Assembly: GCA_963809485.1 (NCBI GenBank)
Contig: CAWEJX010000007.1
Coordinates: 512,001 to 576,000, forward strand
Source: an uncultured Acidobacteriota bacterium
GTDB lineage: Bacteria > Acidobacteriota > UBA6911
Direction of reading: 5' to 3'
DNA: 64,000 bases
Notes under the pieces: model-generated
What the model was told of the DNA's origin: nothing
The model's input: only the letters and a program-made list of their open reading frames with translations
Database searches by the model: none
Part shown: positions 49,336 through 58,510 of the stretch, one piece after another
Layout of the letters: every line of letters starts with the position of its first letter
Position numbering within the stretch: the stretch's first letter is position 1
Position numbers and translations under genes: made by a program

Positions 49336-50041
49336 CAAAATTACGAATTACGAATGACGAATTACGAATGAGAACATACACCGGAGAGGGGGAATTGCCG
49401 GTCCGGTTGCGGCGATTGGAGCATAAAGCTGAAATTATAGACAGTCAAATGAGCGCATATCGTGCGCGTCTGCTGACAAAATTACGAATTACGAATGACG
49501 AATTACGAATGAAAACATACACCGTAGAGGGGGAATTGCCGGTCCGGTTGCGGCGATTGGAGCATAAAGCTGAAATTATAGACAGTCGAATGAACGCGTA
49601 TCGTGCGCGTCTGCTGACAAAATTACGAATTACGAATGACGAATTACGAATGAAAACATACACCGTAGAGGGGGAATTGCCGGTCCGGTTGCGGCGATTG
49701 GAGCATAAAGCTGAAATTATAGACAGTCGAATGAGCGCGTATCGTGCGCGTCTGCTGACAAAATTACGAATTACGTATGACGAATTACGAATGAGAACAT
49801 ACACCGGAGAGGGGGGAATTGCCGGTATGGTTGCGGCGGTTGGAGCATAAAGCTGAAATTATAGACAGTCAAATGAGCGCGTATCGTGCGCGTCTGCTGA
49901 CAAAATTACGAATTACGAATGACGAATTACGAATGAAAACATACACCGTAGAGGGGGAATTGCCGGTCCGGTTGCGGCGGTTGGAGCATAAAGCTGAAAT
50001 TATAGACAGTCAAATGAGCGCGTATCGTGCGCGTCTGCTGA
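49336..50041. repeat. tandem array of five 141-bp units (one is 142 bp)
   Basis: Units start CAAAATTACG at 49336, 49477, 49618, 49759 and 49901; scattered substitutions between copies. Confidence 0.95.
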
Positions 50042-50207
50042 CAAAATTGCGAATTACGAATGACGAATGAAAACATAAACAGTGGAAGGCGGAAATATAC
50101 GCCCTATTGCTGCGGTTTGATGGCGGAGCTGCCCCGCTGACAGTTGAGGTGGCCTATATCGTGTGCGTATGTTTCAATTCGTCATTCGTAATTCGTCATT
50201 CGTAATT
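50042..50207. repeat. diverged terminal unit with inverted heptamer ends
   Basis: GAATTACGAATGACGAATGAAAACATA ... TATGTTTCAATTCGTCATTCGTAATTC. Confidence 0.8.
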
Positions 50208-51123
50208 CTTCTCTATAGTTTTCCGGTATCTTTAAAAATCTCACTTTGCTTTCCGCGCTGAGCCTCACTTCGCCTGTTCGCGAATCATAGTCGTAAGGCG
50301 TGCCCAGCGGGTCGGCCAGCGAGTACTTGCGCGCTTTCCCGCGCACGAGTTCCTGCAGGTTGCGGGGGAAGGATCCGTGTTCCAGCTGGTATTTTTCCAG
50401 CAAAAATTCCAGCGTCCAGAGATCTTTGGCAACCTGGATGCTCAGGAGATGATTGCGCGCATTTTCCCTGATGTTTGCCCGGCCCGACTCCCGGTATTGA
50501 CGCTCCCACAACGACACCGCTATATCCATGGCGCCGCCTTTTGTGAGCGATGCGGCGGCAAGTCCCTCCATCCAGTGAGGCGCTTCAGGCAGGCGGCTCG
50601 CAGCCAGCCATGTGTCCCCGGCGGCCTTGTAGTCTTTTAAAAACCAATAGTAGATGAATCCTTTGTCATACATCAGCCGCCACTCCTGCGGGTGAGTCCG
50701 CAGTCCCTTGTCCAGAAGTTTCAGCGCTTCGCCGGGCTGGCCCGCCCCTATGGGATCCGCTTCGGCAAGAAAGGAACTGCCCGAGCGGTAGGCATCCAAA
50801 AGATCGGGATTCAGAGTCGTGGTGATTTCCAGAAGCTTGGGCAGGTTTTTGTACCGCACCACCCTCCGGTCGGCTTCATCGCGCCGCCCGTAGTATTGTA
50901 TGGTCCTCATCCAATAGAAATCAGCAAGCAGGCAGTCATAGCCCAGCGCCATCCTTTTCACGGCTGCCGGGGAGCGGAAATAAAGCAGGTCGGGATCCAG
51001 GCCGGGATCGCCCACGCGCGCGTCCATCCGGTCCTGTACGGGCTTTACGAGCGCAGCACAGACCAGGAACACAAGGCAAATCCATGCGATCCGTGTATCC
51101 CCCAAAATCCCGCTTGCTCTCAT
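50182..51123 (-). CDS. PilG/XapA-like TPR membrane protein with GspG-like C-terminal domain
   Basis: N-terminal TM; LADFYWMRTIQYYG; TPR-like helices; KYQLEHGSFP...DPLGTPYDY; start ATG 51123. Confidence 0.65.
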   Translation of the reverse strand: MRASGILGDTRIAWICLVFLVCAALVKPVQDRMDARVGDPGLDPDLLYFRSPAAVKRMALGYDCLLADFYWMRTIQYYGRRDEADRRVVRYKNLPKLLEITTTLNPDLLDAYRSGSSFLAEADPIGAGQPGEALKLLDKGLRTHPQEWRLMYDKGFIYYWFLKDYKAAGDTWLAASRLPEAPHWMEGLAAASLTKGGAMDIAVSLWERQYRESGRANIRENARNHLLSIQVAKDLWTLEFLLEKYQLEHGSFPRNLQELVRGKARKYSLADPLGTPYDYDSRTGEVRLSAESKVRFLKIPENYREELRMTNYE

Positions 51124-51914
51124 TTGAAATCCCGGCGCATGAAAATACAGACTGTGAGGGAAAGAACAAGGGCACAGTAGAGCACGCAGTAAAGCGTGGC
51201 CCAGGATATGGCCCAGGGATCGATGGGCCGGGAATAGGATGCGCTTTGAATAATGTGGAGGCTGTCTATCAGCGTGAAATTGGAGAAATTGGGCAGGACG
51301 TAATACACCGCCCGGCAGATCCACTTCACGGCAGCCGATTTGGTGATCTCTCCAAAACGGATCAGGTCTGTCCCGAAGTGCCCCGCAACCCAAAGGAAAA
51401 AAGTGAATATGGCGGAGAGCGCGGGCGTCGAGAATGTGGAAAAAAGCAGGGCCAGGGATGTGACCAGCGCCAGCGAGAGAAGAATCATGTAGGCGGCCGG
51501 CAATAGCCGCAGGTGGGCGCCCAGACCGGCCCGGCTGACGTACAGGAGTGCCAGCTCCAGGCCCGCGGTCATGATGGCCAGGTTCACCAGGAGGGTGAAG
51601 AGCAGCCCGGCGTATTTGCCCAGTATAAGCTCGTGCCGGTGGACCGGCTTGGCCAGCAGGGCGTAAACCGTCCTCTTCTCGATCTCCTTGTAGACAAGGC
51701 TTATCCCGATAAAGATGGCAATCAGCATCCCGAAAATGGAAATGGATGCCAGGCCCAGGTCGAGAATCACCTTGTCTTCGTTGCCCAGGGTCAGCTGGCC
51801 CAGCGCCAGCGAACTGAGAATCATCATGAGCGCGAAAAGGATCAGGTTGTACAGAATCTTGTCGCGTATGTTCTCCCGGAATGTGTTGTGAGCGATTGCC
51901 AGAATGCGCTTCAT
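51120..51914 (-). CDS. ABC transporter permease (PilI-like)
   Basis: NTFRENIRDK, KEIEKRTVYALLAKPV, ILGKY, FMRRDFK. Confidence 0.88.
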   Translation of the reverse strand: MKRILAIAHNTFRENIRDKILYNLILFALMMILSSLALGQLTLGNEDKVILDLGLASISIFGMLIAIFIGISLVYKEIEKRTVYALLAKPVHRHELILGKYAGLLFTLLVNLAIMTAGLELALLYVSRAGLGAHLRLLPAAYMILLSLALVTSLALLFSTFSTPALSAIFTFFLWVAGHFGTDLIRFGEITKSAAVKWICRAVYYVLPNFSNFTLIDSLHIIQSASYSRPIDPWAISWATLYCVLYCALVLSLTVCIFMRRDFK

Positions 51915-52888
51915 GAGTTCCTCGATACTCCGGCTGCCGCTTTCCCGCGCACACTCGCCGGCTCCTTCCGGTCCACCGCCGACCGGAAATAATCCTCCAG
52001 GGAGGAACGGATCGGGTTTACCGAAATCAGTTCCAGCTTGCGGGCGAAGGCAAAGGCAAGCAGATCCTCCAGCTGCCGGGAATTGTCGACCCGCAGGTGC
52101 AGACGATCCCCCATGAGCCTCAACTCCTTGCAGAATCTCCTGGCGGAATCCATTGTTTCATCCGTCCCGCCCGCCAGGATGACCTCGTGCCCTTCAATCC
52201 CCGCTTTCAGAATTTCATCCAGGACCCCAACCTCCTGGAGCTTTCCTCCGCTCAGTATGGCGACGCGGTCGCAGATTGCCTCCACGTCAGGCAGGATGTG
52301 AGAACTGAAAAAGACAGTCACGCCGCGGGCTTTGAGCGATGTGATGATGCGGCGCACTTCCATGCGCCCCAGGGGATCCAGGCCCGACATGGGCTCATCC
52401 AGGAAGACAACCTCCGGGTCGTTGATGATTGCCTGGGCGATCCCTATCCGCTGGACCATGCCCTTGGAGAACTTGCGCAGCTGAAGCTTGCGCGCTTCCG
52501 CGAGGCCCACGCTCTCGAGCAATGCGTCGACTTTCCGGGACAAGGCAGGCTGCCGGAATCCGAACAGCCGTCCCATGTAGGTCAGAAGCTCCTCGGGCGT
52601 GAGGTAATCATAGAAATACGGATTTTCCGGCAGGTATCCGATGCTCTGGTGCATCGCCACCGAATTGATGGGTCTGTCCAGGATACGAGCCTCGCCCGAC
52701 GTCGGGTGCAGCAGATGCATCAATATCTTCAGCGTAGTGCTTTTGCCTGCCCCGTTCGGCCCGAGAAAACCGAATATTTCCCCCTTCTGCACCTGCAGGG
52801 AGAGGCTATCCAGCGCCCGGACCGGACGCTTTTTCCAGAAGCCAATGTTAAAATCCTTAGTGAGGTGATCGATTTCGACTACGGGCAT
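51911..52888 (-). CDS. ABC transporter ATP-binding protein (PilH-like)
   Basis: GPNGAGKST, GYLPENPYFY, FSKGMVQR, LDEPMSGLDP. Confidence 0.92.
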   Translation of the reverse strand: MPVVEIDHLTKDFNIGFWKKRPVRALDSLSLQVQKGEIFGFLGPNGAGKSTTLKILMHLLHPTSGEARILDRPINSVAMHQSIGYLPENPYFYDYLTPEELLTYMGRLFGFRQPALSRKVDALLESVGLAEARKLQLRKFSKGMVQRIGIAQAIINDPEVVFLDEPMSGLDPLGRMEVRRIITSLKARGVTVFFSSHILPDVEAICDRVAILSGGKLQEVGVLDEILKAGIEGHEVILAGGTDETMDSARRFCKELRLMGDRLHLRVDNSRQLEDLLAFAFARKLELISVNPIRSSLEDYFRSAVDRKEPASVRGKAAAGVSRNS

Positions 52889-52941
52889 TATTTATAACCT
52901 TGGTGGGTAACAGGCGGCTGACCGGTCCGAGAGATTCGGGA

Positions 52942-53679
52942 TTACTCCTTTTTCTGCATGATTCGCTGGCGAAGAACCTCGTATAGAGCAATGCCGGCTG
53001 CCACGCTGACATTATACGATCCCACATTTCCACATATCGGCAGCGAGACGACAAAATCACACTTTTCCCTGACGAGCCGGTGAAGCCCCTTTCCTTCATT
53101 CCCGAGGACCAGCGCCAGGGGCACGGTGAGATCGATTTCCCAAATGGATGTATCGGCGCCGGCATCCAGACCTGCAGTCCAGTACCCCCTTTCTTTAAGT
53201 GACTCGAGCAGCTGCGCGACATTCGGGATGCGCGCCACCTTGACGTGGGACGCCGCACCTGCACTGGCTTTGACCACGGCCGCACCGAGGCTCGAACTGC
53301 GGTGCTGCGGCAGAAAAACGCCGTCGACGCATGCGGCTTCTGCCGAGCGAAGAATCGCACCGACGTTGTGAGGGTCCTCGATTCCATCCAGGACCACCAG
53401 GAATCCCGGGGACTTTGCCTGCTGCAGGATTTCCTCGCTGTCCAACGTGGCCATCTCGGCCGCATAGCAGAGGATTCCCTGGTGGCGGGCGCCGCCCGCC
53501 TTGCGGTCCAGCCAGGACCTCTCTTCAAGAGATACGCGGACATTGTTCCTCCGCGCCAGTTCCAGGATTTCCCGGATGCGTGGATTTTTCTGCCCGCGCT
53601 CGACCGATATCCGCTCGATTTTATCCGGCGCCGCCTTCAACGCCTCTGCAACCGCATGTATCCCGTAAAGAATCGACAT
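52942..53679 (-). CDS. rlmB: 23S rRNA (G2251) 2'-O-methyltransferase
   Basis: HQG, LDGIEDPHNVGAILRS, GNEGKG, SYNVSVA (SPOUT). Confidence 0.94.
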   Translation of the reverse strand: MSILYGIHAVAEALKAAPDKIERISVERGQKNPRIREILELARRNNVRVSLEERSWLDRKAGGARHQGILCYAAEMATLDSEEILQQAKSPGFLVVLDGIEDPHNVGAILRSAEAACVDGVFLPQHRSSSLGAAVVKASAGAASHVKVARIPNVAQLLESLKERGYWTAGLDAGADTSIWEIDLTVPLALVLGNEGKGLHRLVREKCDFVVSLPICGNVGSYNVSVAAGIALYEVLRQRIMQKKE

Positions 53680-53773
53680 ATACAACCGGTTCCTGCTGCG
53701 GAATCCTGAAGACTTTGCGGCCTGGAGGTTGATCCTTTAGACCGCCGGGACTCCAAGGCTCGGACCCTTCCAG

Positions 53774-55288
53774 CTATATCGCGCTGAGGACCGCGCGGAG
53801 GCGTTCGCGGCAGGACATCACCTTGCGGGGCAGTATCAGCCGAATTCCTTCCTCGTATAACGGGATCAGCTTCTCAAGCTCCGGGCCGGAACCCCGTCCC
53901 GTCAAGGCCGCACGAATCGGGTGATACAGGTTACGTCCCTTCTGGTTCGTGGCCGCCTTCACCTGAGCGACGATGTCGCGATAAATCTCCGGCGTCAATA
54001 CCTCATGCTCCTCAACCCTGTGCGCAAACTCCTGCGCCACGGCCTTTGCATCATTGCCAGTCAGCGTTTCGCGGGCCGAGGCCTCGATTTCCGGGGGATT
54101 CGCGCAGAATCCGTAAACAACGGCGCTTTCCGCGGGAAGCTGGTCGAGATGGTCGACGCGCGTTTTTACCAGGTCTATCACGCGGGCCAGCCAGGAAAGC
54201 GTCGGTTGATCGGGCTCTGCCGGCACCAGGTCGGATTCGGCGAAAAAGCCTTTGGCTGTTTCGACGAGCGCTTCCCCGGGCGCTTTATTGATGTAGCTCC
54301 GGTTTATCCAGTCCAGCTTCTGCTTATCGAAAATCGCCGGGCTTTTTAAAACTCTCGAAAGATCGTACAGGCCGGTGATCTCCTCGAGGGACATGATCTC
54401 CTGCCCTTCGTTGGGCGGCGACCAGCCGAGCAGGGCAAGATAGTTGGCAAGAGCTTCCGGAAGATATCCCTGGCGCTGAAATTCCTCCACCGAAGTTGCG
54501 CCGTGACGCTTGCTCAGTTTCTGGCCGTCCGGACCGAGGATCGTGGACAGGTGGGCGAACTGAGGGATGGGCGCGCCCAGGGCCTCATAGATCAGGATCT
54601 GGCGGTGAGTGTTCGACAGGTGCCCGTCGCCCCGTATGACGTGGGAAATTTTCATCAGGCAGTCGTCGATCACGCAACAGAAATTGTAGGTCGGGCTTTT
54701 ATCGCTGCGCAGGAGCACCGGATCGCTGATCTGGGCGGTCTCGATATCGATTCTGCCGAAGACCAGATCGGAAAACCCCACCGTGCCCGGTCTCACTCTC
54801 AGGCGCAGCGTGAAAGGCGCTCCCGATTTGAGGCGGGCCTCGATTTCAGAATGCGAAAGGTGCCTGCATTTGCCCGAGTAATGAGCGGTGACTTTGTGCG
54901 CCAGCTGGGTCTGGCGAACTTTTTCCAGCTCCTCCTCGGAACAGAAGCACCGGAAGGCTTTGTCCTGTTCAATCAATTGCCGGGCGTATTTCTGATAGAT
55001 TTCAAATCTGTCGCTCTGCCGGTAGGGCCCGAAATTGCCTTCCCGGCCGACGCCCTCGTCCCAGTCAAGCCCCAGCCACCGTAGATCGTCCAGCAGCTGC
55101 TTTTCGTATTTTTGCCTGCTTCTCTCGGCGTCGGTGTCTTCGATCCTTATAATGAAGACTCCTTTGTGATGCCGTGCAAAAAGCCAGTTAAACAGGGCAG
55201 TCCGGACGTTGCCTACATGGAGGTACCCTGTCGGACTGGGGGCGAAGCGCACCCGAACCGGTTTGGCAATGCTAGCTGACGCAGTCAT
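53774..55288 (-). CDS. gltX: glutamate--tRNA ligase
   Basis: RFAPSPTGYLHVGN, RIEDTD, KLSKRHG. Confidence 0.96.
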   Translation of the reverse strand: MTASASIAKPVRVRFAPSPTGYLHVGNVRTALFNWLFARHHKGVFIIRIEDTDAERSRQKYEKQLLDDLRWLGLDWDEGVGREGNFGPYRQSDRFEIYQKYARQLIEQDKAFRCFCSEEELEKVRQTQLAHKVTAHYSGKCRHLSHSEIEARLKSGAPFTLRLRVRPGTVGFSDLVFGRIDIETAQISDPVLLRSDKSPTYNFCCVIDDCLMKISHVIRGDGHLSNTHRQILIYEALGAPIPQFAHLSTILGPDGQKLSKRHGATSVEEFQRQGYLPEALANYLALLGWSPPNEGQEIMSLEEITGLYDLSRVLKSPAIFDKQKLDWINRSYINKAPGEALVETAKGFFAESDLVPAEPDQPTLSWLARVIDLVKTRVDHLDQLPAESAVVYGFCANPPEIEASARETLTGNDAKAVAQEFAHRVEEHEVLTPEIYRDIVAQVKAATNQKGRNLYHPIRAALTGRGSGPELEKLIPLYEEGIRLILPRKVMSCRERLRAVLSAI

Positions 55289-55354
55289 CTGTGCACCCGG
55301 ATGATGGCGGCCGCCGGGGGGTCTCATCACCGGCAGCCTCGTTGATTCTAATGG

Positions 55355-56620
55355 CTATCTTCCATATATCAGAGCGATCGCCTGGGCGGAAATTCCCTCT
55401 CCGCGTCCTTCCGCGTTCATTCCCTCGGTGGTTGTGGCTTTGATATTGACGCAGGCCATGTTCAGGCCGAGAGCTTGCGCGATATTCTGTTTCATGCCGG
55501 CCGCATATGGGGCTACCCTGGGCCGCTGCAAAAGGAGGGTCGCATCCACGTTGCCGATCGCCCACCCCGCCTGCTCGATTTTCCCGCGCACTTCCCTTAA
55601 AAATTCCAGGCTGGAGCGGTTTCGGTTGCACGCGTCGGTGTCCGGGAAATGCATGCCGATGTCCCCAAATCCGGCGGCGCCCAGCAGGGCGTCGCAAACG
55701 GCATGGGCGAGAGCGTCGGCATCGGAGTGGCCCTCCAGCCCCCGGTCGAAAGGTATTTCCACGCCTCCCAGGATCAGCTTGCGCCCTTCCACAAGACGAT
55801 GATAATCGATCCCATGCCCGATGCGAAGCGCGTATTCGCTCCTTGCAATCCTGTTCAGGCTCCCGGACTTTTCCGAAATCAGCGCTTCAGCAATATGGAG
55901 GTCCAGGGGCCGCGTAATTTTAATGTTGTCCGGGGAACCCGGGACGACCGTAACCGGACGCCCCGCCCAGCGTACGATAGAGGATTCGTCGGTCCCCAGA
56001 AAGCCGGCCTCGTGCGCCCGGTCCAGGGCGTATCTGAGAATGCCGGCATGGAATCCCTGGGGCGTTTGTATGGCATAAAGCTCCTGGCGCGGCGGAGTCG
56101 CCAGCACACGCCCCCTGCGGGAGACGCGCTGGATGGTCTCTGTTGCCGCAAGGCCGGGCACGGCGGCCCCGTCCTTCCAGGCCGCCTCCAGGACACGCAT
56201 CATCGTGCCGCGGTCGCACAATGGACGGACGGCGTCGTGCACAAGAATGACATCCGCTCCGGCGCGCACCTGCGCGACACCGCGCCGCACCGACTCCTGC
56301 CGGTTTTCCCCTCCGGCAACCAGCTCGGTCTCCAGCCGGAATGCTTTCCTGCCCAGGATTGCACGCGCAGCCGGCATGTGTTCCGCGGGCAGAGCAACGA
56401 CGATTTGAGCTAATTCCTCGAGGGAAAGAAGACTCTCGATGGTATGAAGCAGGATAGGCTTGCCGGCAATCTCCAAAAACTGTTTCGGGACAGCCGAATT
56501 CATTCGTGTCCCGGTCCCGCCGGCTGCGACGACAGCCGCAACCGCCGGCCTCGGCGAGCGGCTTGATGATCTTGAGGATTCCTTGCCGCCAGGATCGAGG
56601 CGTGCGCCCGGGGTTCCCAT
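55355..56620 (-). CDS. ispDF: bifunctional IspD/IspF (MEP pathway)
   Basis: AGGTGTRM..PKQF, HDAVRP, NIKIT (IspD); GIDYH, HSDAD, GDIGMHFPD, KATTTE (IspF). Confidence 0.95.
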   Translation of the reverse strand: MGTPGARLDPGGKESSRSSSRSPRPAVAAVVAAGGTGTRMNSAVPKQFLEIAGKPILLHTIESLLSLEELAQIVVALPAEHMPAARAILGRKAFRLETELVAGGENRQESVRRGVAQVRAGADVILVHDAVRPLCDRGTMMRVLEAAWKDGAAVPGLAATETIQRVSRRGRVLATPPRQELYAIQTPQGFHAGILRYALDRAHEAGFLGTDESSIVRWAGRPVTVVPGSPDNIKITRPLDLHIAEALISEKSGSLNRIARSEYALRIGHGIDYHRLVEGRKLILGGVEIPFDRGLEGHSDADALAHAVCDALLGAAGFGDIGMHFPDTDACNRNRSSLEFLREVRGKIEQAGWAIGNVDATLLLQRPRVAPYAAGMKQNIAQALGLNMACVNIKATTTEGMNAEGRGEGISAQAIALIYGR

Positions 56621-56765
56621 GCTTCAAACCGTATTTGATAATTCTATTGGTAAATCCCCGGCTCTGCCGGGGACTCATAGAGTTTGACAGTTCCGTATTT
56701 TGAAACGCTGAGATACGCTGACCAAAGCGCTGACAAACGCCGATTTGTTCGGCGAGGGTCGGCGA

Positions 56766-56944
56766 GCAAAAGCCGATGAGGCGCTTCCGATGGAGTTTTC
56801 TGCGGCGGCACTGTGGCAAGCGCCGTGCGGCAAGGAGATGGAGGTTATGAGAAACAGGGCGTTTGCCACAGTGCCGCTGCAGAAAACTGTCCAGCGCGGA
56901 GCGCTGGCCCCTGCGGGGATCGGAAGCGCCTCATCGGCTTTTGC
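56766..56944. repeat. long nested inverted repeat (MITE- or REPIN-like hairpin)
   Basis: 26-bp perfect outer arms GCAAAAGCCGATGAGGCGCTTCCGAT; ~30-bp near-perfect inner arms AGTTTTCTGCGGCGGCACTGTGGCAA. Confidence 0.85.
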
Positions 56945-57052
56945 CCGCGTAAGTCAGCGTTCAAGACCAGCGTAATGCCTCCAACCGATTTGAGCGGTTC
57001 CAATCTTTCAAGCCTCCGGCTTTGTCGGAGGCGCCTGACTGATGCCTGAGAG

Positions 57053-58153
57053 CTACCGTCCCTTGATGCGTTCCCTATCATCCTCGGGGTTGATACGGTT
57101 ATTGATGAGAGGCTTCTCGTAGAGGCGTCGGTCCTGTTTGGGCGTCTGCATGCCGGCTGCCGGTTCCGTCTCCTCCGGGAAGCGCCCGAAAATCATTTTT
57201 CCTGCCGTGGTCTGAAGCACCGATGTGACCTGCGTGGCGATGGTTTTGCCGATCATGCGGCGGGCATTGTCGACGACGACCATTGTGCCGTCATCCAGGT
57301 ACGCCACTCCCTGGTTGTATTCCTTGCCTTCCTTGAGAATGAAGACCTTCATCGTCTCCCCGGGGAGCACCACGGGCTTGAGTGCGTTTGCCAGCTCGTT
57401 GATATTGAGGACATCCACGCCGCGCAGCTGGGAAACCTTGTTGAGGTTGAAATCATTGGTGACGATCTTGGCGCCCATCTCCTTTGCGAGTTCGATCAGC
57501 TTGAGATCCACCTCTTTGACATCGGGGTAGTCTTTTTCCACGATCTGCACCGATACGCCCGGAACTGATTTGATCTTTTCCAGGACATCCAGGCCGCGGC
57601 GGCCGCGGTTGCGTTTGGCTGAGTCCGCGCTGTCGGCAATCTGCTGAAGCTCACGGAGCACGAAATGAGGGACCACCAGGGTTCCTTCCAGAAAGCCGGT
57701 CTTACAGATGTCGGCTACGCGGCCGTCGATGATGACGCTGGTATCGAGCACCTTGGACGTCTTCCGAATGGTGCTGTCGCTGAATAGTCCCCCGAACACG
57801 GTCAGATCCAGGTACTCGCCCTTGTGGGCGCCGGAAATCAGCCCCAGGTAAGTCATCAGGATCAGTATCAGCAGCTGAAGATAAGTCTCGGTCTGAGGAT
57901 TCACGAAATTCATGCGCGCTATGACCAGACTGATCAGGCTGGCGCCAATGATCCCAAGGACGGATCCTATGGCCGCACCCAGAAGCGTCTTGATCGAAAG
58001 CCTGCGAATCCTCAGCTCGGCCAGGAGTATGATGACCCCCAGCGCGACGCTAATCGAAACCGTGAGAGGGAGATTGGGCCCAAACGGGCGGACGAAGTAT
58101 CCGCCTACCAGGATAGCCGCGAATAAAAGTGCACGTATGATCCAGAGATCCAT
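57053..58153 (-). CDS. PIN/TRAM domain membrane protein (YacL-like)
   Basis: Four N-terminal TMs; LDTSVIIDGR; TNDFNLNK; QGVAYLDDGTMVVV; conserved radA-yacL-ispD context. Confidence 0.93.
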   Translation of the reverse strand: MDLWIIRALLFAAILVGGYFVRPFGPNLPLTVSISVALGVIILLAELRIRRLSIKTLLGAAIGSVLGIIGASLISLVIARMNFVNPQTETYLQLLILILMTYLGLISGAHKGEYLDLTVFGGLFSDSTIRKTSKVLDTSVIIDGRVADICKTGFLEGTLVVPHFVLRELQQIADSADSAKRNRGRRGLDVLEKIKSVPGVSVQIVEKDYPDVKEVDLKLIELAKEMGAKIVTNDFNLNKVSQLRGVDVLNINELANALKPVVLPGETMKVFILKEGKEYNQGVAYLDDGTMVVVDNARRMIGKTIATQVTSVLQTTAGKMIFGRFPEETEPAAGMQTPKQDRRLYEKPLINNRINPEDDRERIKGR

Positions 58154-58510
58154 GGATGGACTCCTTCGGCATGATCCACTTGATATCAATGGAATAGATT
58201 ATTAATTGCCAGATGACCAGAAAGAACTGAAACCCAAATCCACCAAAGCTCCAATCGATATAAGGAAGACGCCCTGTTATCATGGTCGCAGCCTCTCAAG
58301 GTTCATCCGGCGGCTGTGAAAAAAACCGGTCAGGATAATGCCCGGCGGACAAAAACCTAAAGCGTTGCCATCAATCTATCACACCCGCATAATTTTTGAT
58401 AAGCCTTTCTGTATTTATGGTTGCAGGTCGAAATTACACGAATGGATACCATGGGACTTCGGTCCGCCGACGGCCTCTGAAAACCGCCTGAATCCTTCAA
58501 CGTGCAACCG

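Noticed and set aside
49336-50041. CRISPR array
   Set aside because: Whole 141-bp units are near-identical, so there are no unique spacers, and no cas genes are present.
49368-50070. 47-aa repeat proteins (ORFs 49368-49850, 49445-49804, 49819-50070)
   Set aside because: The open frames follow from the 141-bp period and heptamer tracts on both strands, and the frame is broken in unit 4. There is no evidence of coding selection.
51124-51954. N-terminal extension of the 590-aa ORF 50182-51954
   Set aside because: Overlaps the ABC permease in another frame; the real start is most likely ATG 51123.
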